From Owenia fusiformis (Eukaryota): 64,000 nt of DNA. The notes beneath the pieces are model-generated. The model saw only the letters and a program-made list of their open reading frames with translations, did not search any database and was not told where the DNA came from. Within the stretch, counting starts at the first letter, position 1. Every line of letters begins with the position of its first letter. The DNA lies in assembly GCA_903813345.2 (NCBI GenBank), contig CAIIXF020000001.1, positions 6,572,001-6,636,000 on the forward strand. The letters are read 5' to 3'. The position numbers and the translations under genes were made by a program. Below are positions 1 to 23,537 of this stretch, in pieces.

Positions 1-1
1 T

Positions 2-946
2 TTAGGTGATATAAAGCAATCTTTGAAAACCGACTACCAAGCTGGTCAATATGATGATTATGGTGATATTCCTGATCAAGAGGATGAGGATCCTGACATC
101 CTTGAACCACCTGCTAAAAAGCAGAAAACTTCCTCGTCCGAATCGACTGAAGTTTTTTCTTCCCTTATGAATAAACTTCGATCTAAGACCAAGTTACAAG
201 ACGATAATGGACCTCCTTTATCTGAAGCTATGGCTGAAATCGTCACAGAACTAATCCAGGCGAAGCCAGAGGATGACGATATCGTATCTAAATTAGATGG
301 TCACAAGACGCCTGAAAACGTTCCATTATTGTGCACTACAAAGGTCAATGAACCTATTTGGACTCGGGTCTCAGCCGAAGTTCGCTCTAATGATATTAAA
401 TATCAAAAAGTGCAAACTCCCCTTGTGAAGGGTATAATTGCTTCTTCACGTGCATTGGAAGCACTGGATAATCTCAAAGAGACTCTTAGCAAAGAATCCG
501 ATGCTTATGATGATGTGCTTACGACCATCGCGGAATTAGTGTACGAAAATATGCTATTCAGCAGTTATGCAAACTTGAAACTTAACATGCGTAGACGTGA
601 ACTTTTCAAAAATGAAATTAATCAAAGTTTCAAGCATTTGTGCGCCAAATCTGTGCCAATTACCCAGTTTCTCTTTGGAGACGACATCTCTAAACAGGTG
701 AAAGAGATAGCAGAAATGAATAAAACGCAACTGCGAGGCGTTTTTCCGTCTTCCACTCGGGGTAATCGAGGAAGGGGACGTGGTTACGGTGGACGTGGTC
801 GTGGAAACAATTCCAACAACCATTTTTTAGGCCAGGGCTACGGCAGAAACAACCACCAGCGGAACTCTACCCGATATCCCAACAAGAGAGGGAGAGGGGC
901 CAAGAGCAAATCCAGCAATGCCAGCGAGAAAACCACCAATCAATAG
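2..946 (+). CDS. DIRS Gag-like protein (5'-partial; frame open to window edge)
   Basis: Contains VNEPIW, D..YQKVQ and LC..SVP.T.FLFGDD blocks typical of DIRS ORF1, and an RG/RGG-rich basic C-terminus. The frame has no stop from position 2. Confidence 0.85.
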   Translation, partial: LGDIKQSLKTDYQAGQYDDYGDIPDQEDEDPDILEPPAKKQKTSSSESTEVFSSLMNKLRSKTKLQDDNGPPLSEAMAEIVTELIQAKPEDDDIVSKLDGHKTPENVPLLCTTKVNEPIWTRVSAEVRSNDIKYQKVQTPLVKGIIASSRALEALDNLKETLSKESDAYDDVLTTIAELVYENMLFSSYANLKLNMRRRELFKNEINQSFKHLCAKSVPITQFLFGDDISKQVKEIAEMNKTQLRGVFPSSTRGNRGRGRGYGGRGRGNNSNNHFLGQGYGRNNHQRNSTRYPNKRGRGAKSKSSNASEKTTNQ

Positions 947-1041
947 GTCATGTTGACACTATTACAATAGACACTGCACCTGAAAAGGTAAGACAAACAC
1001 TTAAAAGCTCTGTCAATTATTTTCAAGGTGGTCGACTTAAA

Positions 1042-3057
1042 ATGTTCTTGCATGAATGGGAACGTATAACATCAGATCAGTCTATATTAGATGCTATCAG
1101 TGGTTACACGATTGAATTTTGTGATGATGATATTCAACGAATGCAATGGCCATGTAACACAAATTACTCAAGGTCAGATCATGAAAGCATGGATCTAGAA
1201 ATTGCCAAATTTGCAAAAAAGGGTATCATTGTACCAATTGATGATTCTAAAAAAGGTCACGTGTCACCTATTTTCCTGCTACCCAAAAAAGACGGGTCAA
1301 AAAGAATGATTTTAAACTTATCTGATATAAATCAGAGTGTAGAATATCATCATTTCAAGATGGAAAATCTTCAACATGCCCTCAACATCGTGTCACCTAA
1401 TATGTACATGAGTTGTGTCGACATTAAAGACGCTTACTATAGTGTGCCAATTCCTACTGATTCTCAAAGATTTCTGCAATTTGAATGGAAGGGCCAACTA
1501 TATCAATACACTTGTCTAGCTCAAGGGTTATCTTCGGCCCCCAGACTATATACTAAAATTATGAAACCTGTTTTTGCTAAATTGCGAAATGAAGGCCATC
1601 TATCGGTAGCATATATTGACGATTGCTGTCTTTTTGCAGAAACCTCTGAGCAGTGTAAGCAGAACACCTATGACACAATCAATTTGCTCAGAACACTTGG
1701 CTTCATAGTTCATCCAGAAAAGGTTATCTTGACACCAACACAGGTAATAACTTTTCTTGGTTTCGAACTTAACAGTATCAATATGACTGTAAAACTTCCC
1801 TGTGATAAAGCACAAGTTGTGAAATCTATGTGTAAATCATTATTGTCTCGTAGCAACTGCACAATCAGGGATGTAGCACAAATCATTGGTAAATTAGTAT
1901 CATCTCTACCAGGTGTTCAATATGGCCAGCTTCATTATAGAAATCTTGAAAGAAATAAAACAAAGGCTTTATCTATCAATGAAGGCAACTTTGATGCATG
2001 CATGCAATTATCAAATGATGCAAAATCCGACCTACAATGGTGGATTAATAATGTAACGAAATCCTTTAAACCAATTTCTGTTACAGATCCAGGTATGTTG
2101 TTACGAACAGATAGCAGCACAAAAGGTTGGGGTGCAATATGTGTCACCAATTCTGTTAGAACAGGTGGACGTTGGTCAGCTGAAGAAGCTTCCAATCATA
2201 TCAATTATCTTGAATTGATGGCCATATATCTTGCATTGAAATGTTTTTGTAGAGAAAAATCACACATCCACGTACGTGTTGAAACGGATAACACTACGGC
2301 TTTGGCTTACGTTAACAAAATGGGAGGTATCACATCGATTGCCTGTGATAACCTAGCAAAAGATATTTGGAAATTCTGCATTTTCAGAAATATCTGGCTT
2401 TCAGCAGCATTTATTCCAGGTTCTAAGAACACTGACGCTGATGAGGAATCTCGAGTATTCCATGATGAAACAGAGTGGATGCTCGACAAAGTAGTGTTCA
2501 ATCAACTGATTAATCTGTCTGATTGGCCATCTCCCGTAATTGATATGTTCGCTTCAAGATTGAATCATCAGCTCCCACGTTATGTGTCCTGGAAACCTGA
2601 TCCAGATGCTGAAAATATCGATGCATTGAATATAAAGTGGAATGATGAACCTTTGTATGTGTTTTGTCCTTTCAGTTTGATCACGAGAGTTCTAAAGAAA
2701 ATCGAACACGATGCCATAACCAATGCTATCGTTATAGCACCAGTGTGGACAACACAGCCATGGTGGCCGAAACTTCTGAGACTCTTGATCGATATCCCAG
2801 TGATATTACCCAAAAGGAGAACGTTATTGTACCTACCGTACGACAAACAGAAACGCCATCCTCTTTGGAGAAAGATGACTTTGACTGCATGTCTTTTATC
2901 CGGCGATCCATCGAAATCCAGGGAATTTCGAAAGACACTACCGAAGTCATCTTATTGTCTTGGCGATCTGCATCCAAAAAGCAATATGCTGTCTACTTAC
3001 GTAAGTGGGTACACTTCTGTCATAGACGGGAAATTGATCCATTTCAATCATCTGTGA
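1042..3057 (+). CDS. DIRS reverse transcriptase - RNase H - DNA adenine methyltransferase-like polyprotein (frame open from 766)
   Basis: RT motifs SPIFLLPKKDG, HFKME, DIKDAYY, QGLSSAP and YIDD. RNase H motifs TDSS..GWG, HINYLEL, DNTTA and NTDADEESR. MT-like motifs IDMFASRLN and YVFCPF. Confidence 0.95.
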   Translation: MFLHEWERITSDQSILDAISGYTIEFCDDDIQRMQWPCNTNYSRSDHESMDLEIAKFAKKGIIVPIDDSKKGHVSPIFLLPKKDGSKRMILNLSDINQSVEYHHFKMENLQHALNIVSPNMYMSCVDIKDAYYSVPIPTDSQRFLQFEWKGQLYQYTCLAQGLSSAPRLYTKIMKPVFAKLRNEGHLSVAYIDDCCLFAETSEQCKQNTYDTINLLRTLGFIVHPEKVILTPTQVITFLGFELNSINMTVKLPCDKAQVVKSMCKSLLSRSNCTIRDVAQIIGKLVSSLPGVQYGQLHYRNLERNKTKALSINEGNFDACMQLSNDAKSDLQWWINNVTKSFKPISVTDPGMLLRTDSSTKGWGAICVTNSVRTGGRWSAEEASNHINYLELMAIYLALKCFCREKSHIHVRVETDNTTALAYVNKMGGITSIACDNLAKDIWKFCIFRNIWLSAAFIPGSKNTDADEESRVFHDETEWMLDKVVFNQLINLSDWPSPVIDMFASRLNHQLPRYVSWKPDPDAENIDALNIKWNDEPLYVFCPFSLITRVLKKIEHDAITNAIVIAPVWTTQPWWPKLLRLLIDIPVILPKRRTLLYLPYDKQKRHPLWRKMTLTACLLSGDPSKSREFRKTLPKSSYCLGDLHPKSNMLSTYVSGYTSVIDGKLIHFNHL

Positions 3058-3845
3058 ACATAGGACTCGATTTTCTCACGTCTCTTTATAAGGACGATTT
3101 AAGCTACAGTGCTATTAATACGGCCAGGTCAGCGTTGTCATTCATTATATTACAAGACTCTGTTACTTTTGGAAATCACCCTTTGGTTTCTAGGTTTATG
3201 AAGGGTGTGTTCAACGACAGACCTCCGTTACCAAAATATGAATCAACATGGGATGTATCAGTAGTGTTAAACTTTCTCGAGACATTTTATCCCAATGAAC
3301 GTTTATCATTAAAGGAGCTGGCGTTAATTACAGGTCAACGTCGTCAAACGTTGCATACATTGACAGTCGAGAATTGCATCGAAGAACACTCAGGTTATAA
3401 ACTTATTATTTCACAGTGTTTAAAAACATCAAAATGTGGAAAACCATTACCAATTCTCACTTTACCAAGATATAGCAATGTGAAATTATGTGTATGTGCG
3501 GCTTTGAAAGACTATATTAATCGCACGGACACTCTAAGAGGTAACCAAAGTCAGCTACTCATTAGTTTTCAGAAACCATACGCAGCTGTATCTCTTGACA
3601 CCATCAGTAGGTGGATCAAGCTCACTATCAAAAATGCTGGAATTAATGTCGATATTTTTAAGTCTCATTCCACACGCTCTGCGTCTACTTCAGCAGCACT
3701 AAATGCAGGTGTTGGGCTAGATGTTATTCTTAAGGCAGCAGGTTGGTCTTCCAGTAGTACATTCGCAAAGTTTTACAATAAACCTGTGCAGAAAGATTCT
3801 GACATTTTTGGATTAAGTGTTCTTAAAACAACTGAATCAAAGTAG
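2664..3845 (+). CDS. DIRS tyrosine recombinase (true start uncertain)
   Basis: N-terminal SAINTARSAL and HPLVSRFMKG blocks; catalytic R (TGQR), HSTR, AAGW and FAKFY. Overlaps the RT ORF 3' end in another frame. Confidence 0.93.
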   Translation: MSFQFDHESSKENRTRCHNQCYRYSTSVDNTAMVAETSETLDRYPSDITQKENVIVPTVRQTETPSSLEKDDFDCMSFIRRSIEIQGISKDTTEVILLSWRSASKKQYAVYLRKWVHFCHRREIDPFQSSVNIGLDFLTSLYKDDLSYSAINTARSALSFIILQDSVTFGNHPLVSRFMKGVFNDRPPLPKYESTWDVSVVLNFLETFYPNERLSLKELALITGQRRQTLHTLTVENCIEEHSGYKLIISQCLKTSKCGKPLPILTLPRYSNVKLCVCAALKDYINRTDTLRGNQSQLLISFQKPYAAVSLDTISRWIKLTIKNAGINVDIFKSHSTRSASTSAALNAGVGLDVILKAAGWSSSSTFAKFYNKPVQKDSDIFGLSVLKTTESK

Positions 3846-4123
3846 TTCATTTGGTTATTTTGAGAGAATAAAGCCAGAGAAGATTGGTATGATGTATTAT
3901 TATGATTTATTTGATATGTTATAAAATGTATTTAACTTTGTACTAGTTACTTCTTGTTTAAGTAATAAACAAAGATTATTTGTAATTACTTATTTGACTA
4001 ATCAATTTGATTACATCAAAAAAGGACGAGATCCACGTCCTTGCATCTTTTCATGACGGACCTAAATATTCATTCAAGTCCGTGTTTTGATCACACAATG
4101 TGTCCATCTGTTGGCTTTAAACA

Positions 4124-4492
4124 TCTCACGTGACCTCATTGAATATGTAACATGGTAGAATTTTAAGTTAAACGATCATTTTGTAAAAATGTGAAGTTTG
4201 ACTGTAATTCTACCTGTTACATTGATTCAATGAGGTCAAGTGCCCTTCCCATGTGATTTCATGGCCCACCCTTTCCAGTGTGTTTGCTTGCAAAATGCAT
4301 ATTTATCATCATCTGGAGTAGAATATAAATATAATTTTGTATTCATCTGGACACATTAGTGGTTAAAGACTGATATTTCAAACGTCTGTTGCGTGCGCAA
4401 TGCTTTCTCACTTGACCTCATTGAATCAATGTAACAGGTAGAATTACAGTCAAACTTCACATTTTTACAAAATGATCGTTTAACTTAAAATT
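4124..4492. repeat. DIRS internal complementary region (ICR) and right terminal repeat
   Basis: 4159-4242 and 4409-4492 form a perfect 84-bp inverted pair. 4124-4162 is an imperfect direct copy of 4406-4445. Confidence 0.9.
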
Positions 4493-5110
4493 AAATGTAA
4501 CAATCTTTTGATTAGAAAAATAACCCTGTAAAAAAATTGAAATATTTTTTCCGATATAAGTAAAATTATGATATAGCACCTTGTTAAATATATTTATATA
4601 TGTATAAGCAAAAATGTAATATGATGATTAAGTTACTATGTGGTATACATAATTTAGATATTAACAACCATACTTTACCTAGAGAAAATAGGGAGTGTAA
4701 GAAATGTAAAAACAATTCATTAGAAGATCTTAATCATTTTATTATGGGTTGTGATAATTATGTTGATATCAGAAAGATTATGATTGAAAATTTGATTAAG
4801 GAAAATCCTACATTTGAGAAACTTTCAAGTGAGGTTTTATATAACATTATTTTAGGCATGGAGTTTCCAATGAACAATTGGGATAATGTTTTGATTATTT
4901 CATGTAAGAATGTCTCAATTATGTACCAAAGAAGATTTTTTGGCTGATTTACCAAATGTACCCATTGTTATTTTGGGTTTAAATTTTGCTCATGTATACG
5001 ACTCATGTATAATTCATGATATTGTAATTGTTTAATTAGCATAAGGTATAGTGTAAGATTGTTCTAATTGTCAAACTATTCTTCAGTATTGGAGGCTAAA
5101 TAAATAAATA
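4493..5110 (+). pseudogene. Degenerate 3' end of a non-LTR retrotransposon (LINE ORF2 C-terminal CCHC region)
   Basis: ORF 4600-4947 contains R.CKKC....EDLNHFIMGC..Y..IR, the C-terminal zinc-knuckle signature of LINE ORF2. An A-rich (TAAA)n tail lies near 5097-5110. Confidence 0.7.
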
Positions 5111-5252
5111 GAATATAGAAATATTTTAAGCAATACAACATGTTTTCCAACATGCAGAAAGCCATAATAATGTGCTGGTGTTACAATTGTGTAACACAAA
5201 AACACTGAACAAAGATTTCCACCTATTCTGGGTTTACATTATTATTACCTAC

Positions 5253-8012
5253 CACCATGTACAGCTGGGTGAAGGGTCTTCACTCTTCCCCCAAGCATCT
5301 CTGGAGCTCCTGTTATATCAGCTACATCGCTATAGAACAAAACAGTAAATTGTATGTGGTGCAGCTCCTATTTATAGTAACTGAAGATTTTTGTTGTTTC
5401 TCAGTATTACATAATGATTCTTAAAGTGGACCAAGGTTGTTTGAGGTTTGACCTGATAGGATTACATGTTATATATGAGAAAAGAATTTGCACAAGTTCA
5501 AAAAATAATAATACATGTAAAGCAATTTCATTTAACTCAGCTATTTTTATTTCTTGTTTTCTTGTTCTTAAATTTCAACAGCACACAAGTACACACAAAT
5601 ATAATATGCATTTTTACAGATGGACCGAATCCCGCCTTTAACTGACAAAAGCTTTCTTTATTTTAATCTTAAATAATTTAAAAGATGTGTGTACTGTCTT
5701 ACCTAACTGGGATATTAGCTTCTCTGATGGCTTTAGCAGTTCCCCCTGAGGCAATCAGCTTCAGGCCCAGGTCATGCAGGCGTTTGGCAAATGGTACCAG
5801 GCCATTCTTGTTAGAGACACTCAATAATGCTGTAATAATTAATAAATAACATTTATAATTTTACAAATACATATACATGTTCAAGTACCATTAAGTCAAA
5901 CCACCAGATCTAATCCATTTATTGGCATTACTATGGAGAGCAGACATTCGGTTCTCTAGTGAATCCAACAAGAAGTACCTAATAATGTGCAGACATTTGT
6001 CAGTGCTGTAGACAGTGGAAGAAATAAAATAGACACAATTTCAACCTTTAGATGGTGCTACAGGTTCCTCAGTATGATCAGAGAGTCACACATTGATGAG
6101 GATGCATCATTGGTCTGAATCCCAATGGGCCAAATCCTTATAGTCTGAATACCAAGCATTCAAATCCTATTGGTCTGAATCCCAATCATTCAAATCCTAT
6201 TGGTCCCAACTCCGAATCCCAATCATCCAAATCCAAATGGCCCAAATCCAATTTGTATGAATCCCATTCGTCCTAAACCAAATCATCCGAAAATTAACAA
6301 TTGTAGATATGATATTTTCCGAGAGACCGGGACCACAAGGGAAATATCATAATACAAAGGCTTTGCATTACGTTTTGGCTCAACATATGTAAAACCTGCA
6401 TTCAATTACATTGACCAAATCTATGAGAATGATGTTTCTATCTTTATGTGCAGATACATGCAAAATGTCACCACATGCCATGTTATAGATACCGAACACC
6501 AACTGCCAAACACCAACTGCCGAACACCATTCACAAAAAGTTGGAGACTATGACAATATCTCATAATAATTAAAATGCATTAAAACCTTATCTAAGATGG
6601 TTCAATCACCATCTATTGTATTCAAAATGGTGGGTTTTATCCAACGTTTTTGCTTCAATTGGCGTTTATTCATCCAAACTATATGAATAAATAAGGTCAG
6701 TGGGTGTTTGTTTCATTTTCAAACTAGATCATTATAGGGGCACCGGCGGATCCAGAAGCTAACAATGGAGGCCAAATTTTGATTCTAGAAAAAATTATCT
6801 GCGCTTGGGGGCCGGGAAAAATTGTTTTGAAAATACAAGGCCCATTTATGATAATTTGGCCCAAAAAAGGCCTTAAAAGGCAAAACTATGCTCAAAAAGG
6901 CCCATTTTTGAGGCACTAGATAATTTTTGGGGCAAAATTTGTTTTTGTTTTGGGGCCACAAAAGGGGGAGCTCATGGGGCAGGGCCCCCTGGATCCGCCA
7001 GTGGGGGTCATTATGATATTTCATACTTGTTTATATTCCAAGAGCACTGGCGGATATGGGGCCCGGGCCCCCCCCCCCCTCGGGTGGGCCCAGAAAAAAA
7101 AAATTGGGCCCAAAAAAATTTTTGAGCAAAAAAAGGCCTTGTGGCCCCAAAAAGTGGGCCTTTTTGGTCATAAATGGGCCTTCTAAGGCCTTATTTTTTC
7201 ATTTTAGGCCAAATTTTGAAGAAAATGGGCCTCAAAATTTCAAAATTTGGGCCCACATTTTGGTTTTAGGGGCCTAAAAAATTTTTCCGCGCAAGCCCGG
7301 ACAATTTTTTCTCAGACAAGAAGTTTGGGCCCCCCCCCCTTGTTGGTTTCCAGATCCGCCCCTGAAGAGCTACAATCACAAATAAATATAGGTTATTTAC
7401 TGGGGAGAATTGAATATGGGTTTTACTCCGAGGGACAATATGATATTGACCGAAGGGTAATATGATATTGACCGAGGGAGCGCAGAGCATGACATGGAAG
7501 ATTGGGATTAGACAATAGGCAGGATGATTGGGTGTTTCGGCAATTCTGTTTTGGATGATTGGGATTCGGGCAATCATTCAGACTATTGAGATTCAGATGA
7601 TTGGGATTTTGACTAATGGGATTTGGACCGTTTGGAATTTGGGATTCGGAAGATTGCGATCGCTGGTGACCAATTCTTATCCAATTCGATTTAGAACTGG
7701 ACCACAAAGTTGACTACGAAGATATATATGGAAATTAGGTTGTTAAACAGAATAACATCTTAACTACAGAATAACCAATGTTTTCTAATTTCTTGTATTG
7801 TAAACAAATCGCAAAAAGAGGGTCATTGAGTGCATTTTTAGTACAGATCTAGACTACTTCTTGATCTTTGAAACAAAATACTGATATCAAAACGTTATTC
7901 TATGTATGAGACTAGCAATAAAATTCTTCCAAACACTACAGTTAAATCAGTTATGATTATTCACACATACATTTGTAATAATCAGTGAAAACTCACCAAG
8001 TTCTGAAGTCAT
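5253..8012 (-). CDS. ATIC: Bifunctional purine biosynthesis protein ATIC/PurH, coding exons 1-3 (rest lies left of window)
   Basis: GT-AG exons 8012-7997, 5829-5703 and 5329-5253 splice in frame to [73 protein letters not shown]. This carries the PurH MGS-like signatures SGGT and GGRVKTLHP. Confidence 0.95.
6741..7003. mobile_element. GC-rich MITE
   Basis: TIRs CACCGGCGGATCCAG / CTGGATCCGCCAGTG; TSD unclear (G-run). Confidence 0.7.
7045..7364. mobile_element. GC-rich MITE with 5-bp TSD
   Basis: TIRs CACTGGCGGAT / ATCCGCCCCTG, flanked by AAGAG on both sides. Confidence 0.75.
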
Positions 8013-8115
8013 TTTGAAATCCCCACGTGAAAAGGAAGTGGTTTCGTTTCAGTATTTATTTTGCGCATGCTCAATCATCATTTCCGGATCCGAAAATTTG
8101 AAAAGTCATTTCAGG
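8013..8115. promoter_or_regulatory. Bidirectional promoter between ATIC and USP14
   Basis: Only 103 bp separate the divergent ATGs. Motifs: E-box CACGTG (8024), ETS GGAAGTG (8034) and ATTTCCGG (8080), NRF1-like TGCGCATGC (8062). Confidence 0.8.

Positions 8116-23537
<15,422 letters not shown>

Larger units (their letters stand above)
1..4492 (+). mobile_element. DIRS1-like tyrosine-recombinase retrotransposon (5' end outside window), antisense within ATIC intron 3
   Basis: Three overlapping ORFs in gag / RT-RNaseH-MT / YR order. An internal complementary region (4124-4242) follows, whose 84 bp 4159-4242 are the exact reverse complement of the terminal 4409-4492. Confidence 0.95.

Noticed and set aside
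2649-3057. Second -1 frameshift from pol into YR
   Set aside because: I found no in-phase X_XXY_YYZ heptamer in the parts of the overlap I checked; splicing fits better.
6785-7713. Cluster of overlapping short ORFs
   Set aside because: They arise from GC-rich MITEs and 15-mer repeats; low complexity with no protein motifs.
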